Source: the human T2T-CHM13v2.0 reference genome, Homo sapiens
Reading direction: 5' to 3' (one strand)
DNA: 64,000 nt
Assembly (NCBI RefSeq): GCF_009914755.1
Contig: NC_060947.1
Notes under the pieces: model-generated
What the model was told of the DNA's origin: nothing
The model's database searches: none
Seen by the model: the letters and a program-made list of their open reading frames with translations, nothing else
Translations under genes and position numbers: made by a program
Part shown: positions 1-17,089 of the stretch, in pieces
Position numbering within the stretch: the first letter of the stretch is position 1
Layout of the letters: each line of letters starts with the position of its first letter

Positions 1-698
1 TTCTCCACAGCCTCACCAGCATCTATTGTTTCTTGACTTTTTAATAATCACCGTTCTGACTGGCGTGAGATGATATCTCATTGTGGTCTTGATTTGCATT
101 TCACTAACGATCAGTGATGTTGAGTTTTTTTTCATATGTTTGTTGGCTGCGTAAATGTCTTCTTCGGAGAAGTGTCTGTTCATATCCTTTGCCCACTTTT
201 TGATGAGGTTGTTTGTTTTTTGTCCTGTAAATTTGTTTAAGTTCCTTATACATTCTGGATATTAGATGTTTCTCAGAGGGGTAGATTGCAAAAATGTTCT
301 CCCTTTCTGTAGGTTGCCTGTTCACTCTGATGATAGTTTCTTTTGCTGTGCAGAAGCTCTTTAGTTTAATTAGATCCCATTTGTAATTTTGGCTTTTGTT
401 GCAATTGCTTTTGGCATTTTTGTCATGAAGTCTTTGCCCATGCCTATGTCCTGAATGGTGTTGCCTAGGTTTTCTTCTAGGGTTTTTATGGTTTTGGTTT
501 TTACATTTAAGTCTTTAATTCATCTTGAGTTAATTTTTGTATAAGGTATAAGGAAGGGGTCCAGTTTCAGTTTTCTGCATATGGCTAGCCAGTTTTCCCA
601 GCACCTCTTATTAAATAGGAGATTCTTTCCAATTGCTTGTTTTTGTCAGGTTTGTTGACAATCAGATGGTTGCAGGTGTGTGGTGTTATTTCTGAGGC
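1..698 (-). mobile_element. L1PA (older primate L1) ORF2 3' fragment, runs off the window start
   Basis: Minus-strand ORF2 peptides [16 protein letters not shown] and [21 protein letters not shown]; similarity stops after gttatttctgaggct. Confidence 0.92.
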
Positions 699-1199
699 TG
701 AGACTAAATTTTCATGTCTATTACACTGAGATGCTCTGAAGAGATAAAAGAGCCAACGTCTGATTTCAATCATGTTCTTAATGTTGTTTACCTTGGCCAT
801 AGGAAATGCAAGAGATGGCTCTGGAAGAAAAGACAGTCTAGAAGAATCCCCTTTTTTAAATGGAAAATATACTGGCTTATTGTGAAACAGTCAACTCTCT
901 ACTGGTTGCTTCACAATGTAAGTGTACCAGGAAGGAAAGTAAGTCTATCTATTATCACTGAATTACAGTGAAAAACAGTTAAGTGTTTATTTGTGCCAAA
1001 TAACAGTTATTTTTGCTTAAACCATAACTTATTTAAATTTTAGTTAGAGCTGTACAGTTTTAGGCTCTCTATCTACACATAGAAAATGAGATCACAAATT
1101 GTTGGAATTACACCATTTGTGGCATCCATTGTGTAACAATAAAATGATAGCCCGGAAATATACTTTTTTCCTAAAATTGCAACAAAAATGATAAAATAC

Positions 1200-3890
<2,691 letters not shown>

Positions 3891-3892
3891 AA

Positions 3893-4045
3893 TGGTATGG
3901 TTTGGCTGTGTCTCCATCCAAAATCTCATCTTGCATTGTCATAATCACCAAGTGTCAAGGGTGGGACCTGGTGGAGATAACTAAATCATAGGGGTGGTTT
4001 CCCCCATACTGTTCTTATGATAGTGAGTTTTCATGAGATCTAATG
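3893..4045 (+). mobile_element. THE1/MST (MaLR) LTR 5' fragment
   Basis: Begins tggtatggtttggctgtgtctccatccaaaatctcatcttg, the THE1-type LTR start. Confidence 0.85.
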
Positions 4046-4178
4046 TTTTTTGTTTGTTTTTTGAGATGGAGTCTCACTCTGTTGCCCAGACTGGTCTCAA
4101 ACTCCTGGCCTCAAGCTGTCTTTCCAGCTCCACCTCCCAAAGCACTAAAATTACAGGCCTGAGCCACTGTGCCCAGCC
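4046..4178 (-). mobile_element. FLAM-like Alu monomer
   Basis: ~130 bp Alu left-monomer sequence with T tail, ending gcccagcc. Confidence 0.85.
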
Positions 4179-4184
4179 TGAACA

Positions 4185-4880
4185 CTTTCAATAGCCTCTG
4201 ACCTGTCTCCCCATGTTCACTTTGGCCCCCCTCTAATCTGTTCTACCATTCTAATCAGAGAAACATTTTCTTAAAATATAAATGTGATCATATCACCACT
4301 CCTTCTCCTCACTCCACTTTTCCATCCATCCCCTTTATTTAAAGCTATCAATAACTTTTCATTATTTTTAGACTAAAAAAAATCCGTAAAAAGAATTACC
4401 AGGCATTGCATGGATTCTATACCTCTCGAGTCACATCTTATACCATGCACCACTGTGGTTTTTACATTCCAGCCATGTTGGCCTTCTTTTAGTTTCTCTA
4501 ATGTGTTAAGTTCCATCCACCTACAGAACCTCTGCATATGTTTTCCATTTTTCCTATAATACTCCATGACCTGGGTAACTCCTAGTCTTCCTTGAGAGCT
4601 CACTTTAATATATGATTCTTTTAGGAAAGCCTTCCCTAATCCCTCCCTGCCCACCAACTTGATCACTTATTAGCTCTCATAGCATTATGTACCTCTACTT
4701 CACAGCATTTAGCACACTCGTAATTTTACTTTTGTTTTGTGACTCTTGTACCAATGTCTGTCTTCTGCTTTCACAAGTACTACCTCTCTGTTCCCAGAAC
4801 TTCTAACCCCAACAGTTCACATGCCTCAATATGTGGCACAATGTATGTTGCTCAATTGATATTAACTAAATTAATGAACA
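4185..4880 (+). mobile_element. L2 3' region
   Basis: L2 motifs taaaatataaatgtgatcat, ggaaagccttccct, and a 3' end ending in aatgaa. Confidence 0.75.
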
Positions 4881-4884
4881 GTTG

Positions 4885-4980
4885 TGATGATTCAATGAAT
4901 TAATGCATGTAAATTACCTTTGCATAGCGTCTATCACATAATAAGTCATCAGTAAATATCACTCCTCATCATATTATTCT
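4885..4980 (+). mobile_element. MIR 3' tail fragment
   Basis: taatgcatgtaaa...cacataataagtcatcagtaaat resembles the MIR 3' end. Confidence 0.5.
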
Positions 4981-5997
4981 ATTCCCTCTTCTCCAACCAA
5001 TGTGAAAAATCTTCTATTTCAAATGTGAAAATTTTTAAGACCAGTTATGAAATATCAAATCATTTTATATTGTATTAATAACCTGATGAATATCATTCAT
5101 CTTATTCTTTTCCAAATTAAACAGAAAAAATACTAAATTGTATTCACCATGTTTTCATTTCACTGACAGAACATTCTTACAATTAATTATCTTAATACAA
5201 GCTAAATCAAACTTCCAGTGCCTTTTTTAATGGATCGGCTTTGTGAGCATTTTTTTCCATGTGGCCTTTTGTCAGATTATTATTAAATGTATGAGATTTT
5301 GATTTTTTAATTCAGTGATTGCTAGGTTTATATTTTTATATAACTTTAATAGAATCTTTCCCTTGGGAATTGTAATGCATGTTACAAACATCACAGCATA
5401 TCAATAGTTGGTTCCCCTTTTTTATTCTTGAAGAAATTGTGACTCAAAAAGAATAAGTGACTTGGTAAGCATTGGTATAATTATAACAACCAGATCTTAG
5501 TAACCTCTATAAATAAGTTGAGTGATGTCCAACCTTTTGCCATTTCATGACAATTTCTTAGAAAAATTATGGGTTGCTTGTAATACCAGAGAGAGGGAGA
5601 GAAAATGGTATATTAAAAAGACCACATTTCAAATACTGCTCTGTGATGCCCATATGCTAAACAATTTCATGCTTGGCAACTTCATTTTTAGATATTTTTA
5701 AAGAGTTTTCAAAATAAAAATAATTGATGTATGTAATAACCATCCTATATTAGGAAACTTAAGGTTTAGAAATACGTTAAATGTTACTATCACCACCCTT
5801 TTCTGGCCTTTTGGGACATATTTTTTCTTCTGTATGTATCTACATGTATGTATTTCTTCTGTTCATGCCCTATTGATGTTGAGAACTATTTGTGTATTTT
5901 GAAGTAATTCTGTGTAGTCATTAACTTAAGAGTATGCTGTTACCATAGCTGGTTTACTAAATTCATGGTCCATTCACTTTGCAGAAAGCTATTAATA

Positions 5998-6052
5998 TTA
6001 GGTTGATGCAAAAGTAATAGTGGTTTTTGCCATTACTTTTTCACCAACCTAA
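5998..6052. mobile_element. Internally deleted MADE1 (Hsmar1 MITE)
   Basis: TIRs ttaggttgatgcaaaagtaat / attactttttcaccaacctaa with TA target duplication on both sides. Confidence 0.9.
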
Positions 6053-6337
6053 TATCTCAAATGCATGGTAAGCAAACTGCATTCTTTCTTTAATAAACAG
6101 TCTACAAAACTGTTGTTCATTATCACTCTGGTGACCTGGCTCTTGGCTCTTCATTTCAATGGCTAACACACTCTATTCAGTTTTTTCTTTACATCCTTTT
6201 TTTCTTTCCCTTTTCCATTTCTTTTGTAGAATATCAAGGCTGAGATGATTTTATATATCTACCTGAATTCCAAATTGACTTGGCTCCATGTTGCAGAAGA
6301 AACCAACAAATACATCCTTAAGTTCAAAGTCCAGATC

Positions 6338-6395
6338 AGCACTGTACAATAGAAATATAATGTAAGGTACATATATAATTTTAAATTTTCAAATA
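6338..6395. mobile_element. MER33/MER3-like hAT end fragment
   Basis: cagcactgtacaatagaaatataatg...attttaaattttc. Confidence 0.6.
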
Positions 6396-7134
6396 GTTTG
6401 TCCAGAATACCGGTGTTCCAGCATTATGCTGTGACTGGAATTTATGAATAATAGATTCTATAAGATTAACACAATAGTTCTATTACTTTCAAATTAGCTT
6501 ACCACTTTAGTTCATTTTTCACCTTTCTTCATTTTATCTGCAAAATATTAAAATTACCAGTTACCTTTCTTTGGGGGAAGAGTCATAGGATTTATATATT
6601 TTTATCAAGTCTTTTTCTAACTTACTATATTACAATACCTACTAATTTACAATGTTCTTCAAATGATATGCTGCCCATCCTATAGCCAGATTCCTATAAT
6701 TAAAGAATGTGTGCATAAAATCATCAGCAAGCTTGGGAGAAGAATCAATCAGCATCAAATTGTTCTTTTCCCTTTTGTTGACTTAATAAAACCACATACA
6801 TTAACTTAGTTCTACAACCAAGGACCTATAGGAAATCAGGCAATGGATCAAAAAGAAATAGAATGACTTCTGCTTCTGCTCTGGGCTAATATTCTAGAAT
6901 ATGTATGATAAATTATGTTAATGGTTGTAACAAATTTTGAAGAAACTCAGTCGAAGAACTTGGAAAAAATCTACCACCATCAAAATAGCAGAAAAAAGCT
7001 TTGGAAGCCAAAGTCATCCATTTAGTTTATTATATAAGTGCTAAAATTAAGATGTTTGGAGAATACCAGTATAGTACTAGGAGATATTGAAGAGATAAGT
7101 ATCTATAAGTTACTAGATGTCATACTTTCTCTAT

Positions 7135-7255
7135 TAGGTTATATTCTTACTATTATATATCTTAGTATATAATATATAATTATACATAATATATAAGAAA
7201 TACAATAATATATGATATACATTACATATAAGTCATAGCATATAGTTTATATAGC
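7135..7255. repeat. TA-rich low-complexity tract
   Basis: Degenerate (TA)n composition. Confidence 0.7.
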
Positions 7256-8206
7256 TTCAGAACAGATGAAATGAAACTTGGGATGATTCAGGGAAGAGAA
7301 ATAAATCCTAATCACAGGGATATAAAAATAGATTCCATGAAGAAAAGTTAAATAAATCAGTGTGTTTTAGTGGTAGAGAGAGTTACATAATTATTACAAC
7401 TTAGTATTTTTAAAAAATTATACAAAAAGGCAGTTGAAAATTAAAAATAAAATTGCAAAAATACGTGTTTAAGTTGAAGCTGGAGAGCTTGAATTATCTA
7501 TAAAATAAAATATATGACCAGAATTGGCTATTGAGGAAAGTGATATAGTTTCCACCTTTTAATATCTTAAACTGTGTCCTGGAGGCTTAAGTATTCAAGC
7601 CTGAAGTAAGAAGTAGAAACAAATTGCTTTTTTTAAGTAGCTTTCCAACTATAAGATTGCATAATTTTTCATTAATGTGGACTAGAGAGTATGTCTAGAC
7701 AGTACTTACCTGTGTGTAAGATATTGCCCTGAAAGAGCTTGTAACTTTTACATTTGTCCCGTGATGTGGAGGAGTGATTTATCTACCAGTGAAGGAGATG
7801 AGGAAGGGCAAAAGAAACCCATTCTTATTTTCAAAGTGGAAGAGATTTAGCTACTCAAAAGCCCAGGTCATTTGACACTAGGGGTAATTCACTAAATGGT
7901 AAAAAGAATAAACAGTCGTATTAATCACATCTCTAACAATTTACCCTCAAATTCATGTATATTGTTAACAGATAGCTCCCTGGACTGAAAACTTTGGGTA
8001 TTCTAGAATGGAAATTCCTAGGAATAAAAGTTGGCCCCTGCCATCTAGTGGACACCATAAGATTATTTTCTTTCTAGTATTTACCTACTATTTTGGTTTT
8101 GGAAAACAGAAACCAAATTAATACAGGACTTGGTGAATCATTGTCAGTACTATATTTCTTTATTTTGCTCAGAACTATACCTTTCCTTTTTAATCAGTGT
8201 TTCATA

Positions 8207-8790
<584 letters not shown>

Positions 8791-10129
8791 TCTAAAGTGG
8801 AGTCAGATTATTTATTACCCTTCTTAAGGGATATTTTGCCCTATTAGACTAAATTTAAGTCTATATAAGGAAAATGAACTACATAATTTACATTGACTAT
8901 CCTAGTAGACTAAGTGGGTTATTCTGCTAGATTATATAAAGATACTATTGCTGATTCTGTGATACCAATATTATGGAATTGCAGAGAAGAAATATTTCTA
9001 TTCAAGTTTATAATGTTTTCTAATGTATAAATACTTAACACACTGAAAATTTCAATTTTAAAGCAGATAAATTAATAATTGATAACTCACATTATAAAAT
9101 AATCACATTACAAAGTAACCTTTACTTAATAACTGACTTTTTTTAAAGTAGTGAGATTTTTTTAGACTAATGATACTTTGCCTATAAGGTAACCATTTTT
9201 CAGTGAGAATATATGATTTAGAAACAAATAGGAATGACACGCATCTCTTGTGAATACATTTATTGCAAGGATCATGGTATATTTTTAGTTTACTACTTGC
9301 ACAAACAATGAGGAATATCCCCATTTTTTATTGTTGCTGCTATTATGTTCGACTTCAATTCCTTTTTAGGTATAACCTACACTTTTAACCTAGACTATGT
9401 TGAATTATTTATTTTTTAACATCATAATTCCCTTTGCCTTTTGGAAACAACCTAAGTGCCTTAAGCTATAAGAGTAACTTTGAATTTCCACTGCTGGATT
9501 ATCACTCAATTGCTGAATTTCTTAATTTTAATAAGAATTGTGTTTGGATAAACCTTTTGTCAATTGCAGTAGATTTATACTTACTATAAAAAACAACAAC
9601 AGCACAGAAATATAGTGGCTTTAAAATACTTAAAATTAGGGAACAGGAACACTGACACATTGAAGGATCTGACTATGAAAAATGTTGAAACATTGATATA
9701 TAGAGAAAGAACATTCACTGAATTTGATTTAAATACAGAGTAAAAACAAAAGACTTGAAGTCTGAGCAGGGCATATCCTTACTTGAGTTTGACTATTTTA
9801 GTTTCAGTAGTAGTATACTCAAACAGAATCATACCAAGGATAATGGATGTTGTGCATCAAATGTTGACTTACTGGCAGAGATTGCATAAGAAGAAAATTA
9901 ATGAGTAATAAAGGTCAGCTGTTGTTGATGCAGCAAACTTTTTTTAAAAAAAATTCCAGATCTAGGTAAATTATGGGAGAAAGTGTTCATGTAGTGACCC
10001 AATATACGAGAAGCAAGATTGTTAAGGACATTATTGTTTAATTGTACATTTGCACATAAGATAGCCTTTTACAGTATTAATGATATTGTTTTGTTCTATA
10101 TAAATCTTTTTGTGTTTTATGCTGTTTTT

Positions 10130-10276
10130 AATGGATATCACACAGCCTTAATTGAAAGTGTTTGGTCCTTAGGATAAGGCACATTTTAGAAAAGAAAATT
10201 TTAAGTTGTGGGAAATGGGCACTTATTTATTTTTCTTCTCATTTGGATTAAGCACGTACATAAGAGCCTGTTAGAG
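10130..10276. repeat. Left arm of a local inverted duplication (pairs with 11200-11669)
   Basis: Reverse complement matches 11200-11317 plus 11641-11669 with about 9 mismatches in 147 bp. Confidence 0.93.
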
Positions 10277-10279
10277 GCT

Positions 10280-10940
10280 AGAATGGTGGGAATGAAACAA
10301 AACAAGTGGATATATACAAGATACCTTTAGGAAGTAAAATCAACAACTTGGCTACAGGAATTGAGGGAGATAATGTGTCAAGGATGATTTCTAGGCTTCT
10401 GGCTTATATAACAAGATGGATTTCATTGTAATTTTCAATGAGATATGGAACACTGGAAGAGGACCAGAATTTTAAGGACGAGACTAAGAGTTTGGTCTGT
10501 GGACGTGTAGAGTTAGAGGTATCTGTGAGACATCCTAGGGAGTTTCACATAGTTTCCTCTTAGCCTGGAGCTCAGAGAAGAGGACTAAACTGGAGATAAT
10601 TTGTGAGTTATCTGCATTGAAATGGTGTTTGAAGCCATAGGCATAGATAGGTGAGAACAGCTAGGACAGTGGTTCTCAAACATGAACATACATCAAAATA
10701 AACTGGAGGGATTATTAAAACACAGATTGCTGGGGCCCATTCCTGAAGTTTCTGACTCAGTAAGTCTAGTGTGCGGGCTGAGAATTCACCTATCTAACAA
10801 GCTCCTGGGTAATGACCACGCTGGTGATCCCAGGTCTCTGAGAACCACTGGCCTAAGGAAAGAGTTTAAAAGTGATAAGAAGACCCTGCAGAAAACCAAC
10901 ATTTAATGGCTGAGTAGATCCTGCAAAGTAAACTGAAAGA
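10280..10940 (-). mobile_element. L2 fragment interrupted by MER5
   Basis: gtcaaggatgatttctaggcttctggctt and gagttagaggtatctgtgagacatcc are typical antisense L2. Confidence 0.75.
10667..10850. mobile_element. MER5A/B hAT MITE
   Basis: TIRs cagtggttctca / tgagaaccactg, ~184 bp. Confidence 0.9.
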
Positions 10941-11199
10941 ATGTCCATAAAGGTGAGCAGAATTGCACTAACACTATAGCATCATTATTTAATATGTTCC
11001 TAGGATTCTATAGCAGAGATCTATAAGCACAGACAACACGCAGTACTTTGTTCTTAAGGAGCAAAAGCTGTTGAACTTTCTAAATCAGGGGTTGTTGTTA
11101 CACATACAATTTAGCTGTATATAAGGTGTTTGCTTCAGAGATAAGAATATTTGTAGAGGTAAGAATATGTGTTGACTAATGTCATCAATGAAACTTTGA

Positions 11200-11669
<470 letters not shown>

Positions 11670-12264
11670 TTGTTGTGTTTCTCAATGTAAAACTAAGAAC
11701 TGGGATAACTTTGAAACCTGACACAATGAATCTACTCAGCATTCATCAATAGCCACTATGCTTTCACTGATATTTAAGATTATAGAATGAACAAGAAGAT
11801 ATTCTATTTACCAGTGTTCTGTGTTGTTGGAAAGCATTAGGAAATCATTGAAACTAACTGCCTTGATTGAAGTGAATGGTAAACTGCTTTGTACAGGCTG
11901 ACATTGCTTACCATAATGATTGAACATATTTTTTTTGTTAGTTTTATGTACATTTACTTGAATTTTAAAAGAATGTGCAATAAAACTTACAAATTGTTTC
12001 TTGCTTATCTTGATTATTCTACGGTCTATAAGCTGACTACAGCACAGTGCCACAAGTTAGTTTAAAGCTTATCATTCTTTCAAATAGATCATGCTTGATC
12101 TGCTTGTATATTAAGCATGATCCCTATGGAAGTCGATAGATGGAGTTCTCCTTTTGTAACAAAAATACCCCATGTGAGTAAAATATGCCCTATAAGGCAT
12201 TAATTCCAATTAGGGAAAACAATACATTATTGATATTTTAAACTACATCCTACAGATTTTAAAG

Positions 12265-12348
12265 TGTGTTGACTAATGTCATCAATGAACCTTTGACTAT
12301 AACAGGCTATTACATTCATGTTTAAGCTAAATGAGAAGAAAAATAAAT
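12265..12348 (+). repeat. Direct copy of 11168-11251
   Basis: tgtgttgactaatgtcatcaatgaa...ctaaatgagaagaaaaataaat present at both sites, about 90% identical. Confidence 0.9.
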
Positions 12349-15300
12349 TATCTATAATTTCAAAAGGGAAGTTGTTTACATTTGTAGTAAACATGCGAGA
12401 AGGAAGGGTTGTTCTTCCCTTAGTGAGTTTATTCAGCCCACTCTCAATTTTAATCATGCTGAATTTAATCCTGTCACATTGCTAGTGGCTATAATTTATG
12501 CCTCTGAGACCCAAGCACAACAACATTCTGTCTTGAGAAAAAAAATAATTTCTGTCTTGACAACACTTAAGTAATAACTCATTATAAAAAGAAAAAAATC
12601 TGACAATATCAGAGAGGCTGTCAGATTATTCCCAGAAAAGGGCATAGTGATAAGTGTAGCTAAAAGTCCCCTGGAAAGACTCTGAAGAATATCCTGACAT
12701 AGAAACAATAAATGTTTTCTATTCTGTCAAGAAGTGTAGTAGGAAGATTGTTTGGCATCTGGGAGAAAAATCAAGATTAAAGGTAGAGTATTGTTTTAAA
12801 TAAAGAAAAATATATGAAATGTGTTTATATCCTAAAAGGAAAGAATCAATTTAAAAAGGACGAGATGAAAGATACGTCACTAAAAGAAATGGCTGAGGAA
12901 GCAAATGAGGAAAGAGAGGATGAGATCAAAGACATATATGGGGAATTAGGTTGTGAAAATGAATAAGTAACTGAGGATAGGTAGGTATGCAGGCAAGGTT
13001 GAAATATGTCATTACACACAAAGTAAATAATACACTAAGCCTGAGACATTTGACTGTTTGTATTAAATAACATCAAAACAGTGTGAATGTTTTAAAGCAA
13101 AAGTGATTTAGCCCAGACTTTTCATAGAGATACCTCCTTCTTAACTTTCAAATTGTCAGCAAACCCTAAGGGAATGCATTCCATAGTCAGCAAAGCAGTA
13201 GCAAAACTATGATAGATTCAAAGAATCTTGATGTCTGCTTTGTTCTCTCCATCAACATTATTTTTTAATCAGAGAAATGTTAGAATTTTTCTATGATAAA
13301 CCTTTGTTGGTTGAACTTGAAATATTTAAGTTATTATATTAAAATATAAATGAAGACCTAAAACATTTCTTATTACCCTTTTCCAGTAATTTTATGTAAT
13401 TTAAAAATTTATCAGGTATCATCTAGTTAGAAACAGGTAGCTATAGTCTGTCATTCTTTTTCTCTGAAAAAGTTGCATGTCTGGTGATGATTTTATTAGA
13501 AAAATGAAAGAAGAGGAATATATAATTGTTTTAACTAAAATAAATCTTTGTCTACATAGAAATATCATAATTGATTATAAATATACAACTAGAAATGAAA
13601 ATGAAATCATTGAGAATAGATTGGTTTGTGTTACATGATGTTACATGCTGTTTTTTCTTTTGAAAGTGAGTGAAGGATATTGAATAATTTGAAAACAGTA
13701 ATAATTGATAAATAAAACTATAGTAAGTTTAAAAGATTATGACTAAAATGTCATCTAAATGCAGTTTCTATGATCTAAGTGGTTATGAAATAATATCTAA
13801 TAGGAAAATGCTCATAAAGTAAATTTGATTTTACTTTAATTTTAAATTACATACAATATAATTTTCTCTTAAAGAAAATTTAACATATATTCAGATAAAA
13901 CTTTTCAAAGACTATGCTCCTCTTTATTTTAATAAATGTGAAATCTGAGACACTGATTGAATTCAATTTTGTGCCCCAGATCTGGAAATATCTATTAGAA
14001 TAGTTAAGACTTTGTATAACCCTGATTCTCCACTCTATGTATATAAGTATTTCTTAATAAAGCGATGCACAATATTTTGGCAAAATATTGTTTTTTACTT
14101 TATACCTTATGTAATCCAAAATTATTTCTCTTATCAACATATTTATACAAGGCCATTTACTCTTAAACTGAAGAATCAATGCTCTGCATAGAGTTGACAG
14201 GGTTGTAGGTTTGTTTGTGTTTTAATTCCATTAGCTATATGGAAGAGAAAAGAGATCCACACATATAACAACATGGATTGTCATGTTCATATGTTAATGG
14301 TTAGGATGTCTGAAGAAACTTTGTTATTTATCTCACAAATCTAAGTAAATGTTGCATGAAAAGAGAGCAACAGAATTATGTTGTATAATCAAATCAGAAG
14401 TACTTGATCTTCTGTATAGCTTTACTTATAAAGACTCAGCAATTGTAGCAGCCCAGTTCAGTCATTACAGAAAGTATGCACGCCCTTTGTGTCTGTTTGA
14501 AAAGTCAATCATCATTTTCCTCTCAGTAAAATAGAAAATAGAAAGATACGGAACTCCAGATACAAGCTACTTTCACCTGTGAGCAAAGTTTGTTTGGCCA
14601 GTGAGATACCCTAAAAACAACTCAGAAAATTCTTCTTACAGGTTTATAAGAAAGAAAGTGGAAGATAATAGAATCTTCTTTGATTTTTGGTTTTTAATAC
14701 AGGATTATAAATATTCTGGGCAATAAAATAAAAAGCCAGATATGGTAGAGCACAATAGTTTAAAATTAAAGTATTTGCTTCACCTACTAACTAGAATATA
14801 AAACAGAGTGCCAAAGTTAAGGAGACAGAGTACCTCAAGGTACAAAATCACAAAATAAACACCATAGATATTTGTCTAAAGAAAAACATGAATGCACAGC
14901 CACTAAAATTTATGTTTCAGAATTAAATAAAATCTTTGATACACTAAGTATGTCTGTCTTAGAACCAAAAATATTTATATTGGTCTCTATCAATATGTTG
15001 TCCAATTTATTTAAATGCACATATCTATTCAAAGTTTATCTGTATGTATTTATATTTCTTAAGTAGGCCTCATTCAACTGTAATCCTTATGAACCTCAAC
15101 AACTTGACTTTCTAGTGAGTTTAAAATTTCAGTTCCTATATTTATATAGAAACTTTTCAAGTTTAGCCTATTTTGATCTCATTTTACATCCTATCTCCAC
15201 AAGTATTATATCTGTAACTAAAGCAATATGAACAATTTCAAAGATATTTTTGCTTGATTTCTATATAAAAAGCAAATAGATATAAATTTCACTTCTAACT

Positions 15301-15864
15301 AATATAGAATAATAAATATGATTTACCATCTTAAAATATTTTAAAATCTGAACAACATATATAAAAAAAGGATTTTCAAGACATTGAAGATCAATCAATG
15401 AAGGACAGTAGTCCCAGAGAATCTGGAAATAAAGGAGTTGGATCATTACGCCTACTTATATTTTTCAGCACACAGAAAAGGGAAGGAGAACCTAGGTGGA
15501 ACAAGGCAGACTCCCTGAGTTGAGGAAACAAAGTTAAGCATCTGCAGAGACCAAGGGGGCTAAAGTTTATAGAGAAAAATCCCAGAGAGTGGAAGACTAT
15601 GCAAAGAGTGAGCTCTGTAGATCTGTACAGGTTCCCATCCAGTATTCAGTAGAGCACTGTTTAGGTCATGTCTGGAAGAAAAGTCCTCAATGCTGGTAAA
15701 AGAACCACATGAAATGATTAGAGAAAATATATCCAGAGCTCACAATAAGCTTGAAATAGTTCCTATTCCCAGAAACCATACTGAAAAACTGTGTAATTTA
15801 TGGAGCATTGATAAGAGGGTCTTGCTTCTGTAGAAGGTAATAATTTAGAAAATATTATTCTTCA

Positions 15865-16028
15865 TTTTTTGAGACAGAGTCACACTCTGTTGCCCAAGCT
15901 GAAGTGCAGTGGCAGGCAGGATCTCCCTTTTTTGCCCACGCTGGTCTCAAATTCCTGGACCCAAGCAATCTTCCCACCACAGCCTCCCAATGCGCTGGGA
16001 TTACAGGAATGAGACACCATGCTCAGCC
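15865..16028 (-). mobile_element. Internally deleted AluJ-like element
   Basis: Both Alu ends present in ~165 bp; TSD aaatattattct (15850-15861 / 16032-16043). Confidence 0.85.
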
Positions 16029-17089
16029 AACAAATATTATTCTGATTTCACCTAACATATTTTTTAAAAGACCCCAAAAGATCAAGCCATTTCAAAGTAA
16101 CTTAATTGTGTCCCACAAAAAGCTCAAGAATATTTATAGAAAACAAAATATCTACCACCCAAATGAAGTAAAATGCACAATATCTGCCAACCCATCAAAA
16201 ATTACAAAGCATGCAAAGAAACAGTAAAATGTGATTTTTACTAAAGACAAAAATCAATCAAACCCAACCCAGAATTCACACACTAGTATTAGTAGATCTA
16301 AATATACACTGCCTATGAGAAATTCCCTTTAAAGATAAAGACACACTTGGTTTAAACATAAATAAAAGGAGTAAGACATCATGCTCAAAAAATTAAAATA
16401 AAGTTCACATGGTCAATTTGTGGAAAATGGTCAATTCATAAGAAGGACATAACAGTCCCAAACCCTTATGACATTAATAACAAAACTTCAAAACACACAA
16501 TATATACATTTTTTTCATGAGCACAAGGAACTTTTACAAAGATAGATGATATGTTGTGCAACAAAACTAATCTCAATAAATTTAAAAGAATTCAACTCAG
16601 ACAAATGTTTGCTCACGATGGAATTAAATTAGAAATCAGTAACAAAGAGATATCTGGAAAATATCCAAATATTCAAAAACTGAATAACTTACTTCTAAAT
16701 AGCCCATAGGCCAAAGGAAAAAAAAAGAAATTGGAAAGTATTTTGAAATAAATGAAATAAAAACAACATATCAAAATTTATAAGATGCCACTAAAGCAGT
16801 ACTTAGGCAGAAACTGATAAATTCTTATATTGGAAAAGAAGAAATGTCTCAAATCAAAAACTTCAGCTTCCACAAAAAAAAGAAAAACTAAAAAGGAAAG
16901 AGCAAATGAAAACCCAAATTATGCAGAAGAGAGAAAATAATAAAGATAAGAAGAAAAAACAATGAAATAAAAACCAAAACAAAACAAAAACATACAATCA
17001 ATGAAACAAAAACCTGGATCTTTGAGAAGATCAGCAAAATTAATCATCTTCTACACCAAATGATCAGGAAAAAAAACAGTGATGAAATC

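Noticed and set aside
12720-14700. AT-rich unique sequence with scattered ag/gt signals and a possible old L2 piece
   Set aside because: Signals too weak to separate from chance without alignment
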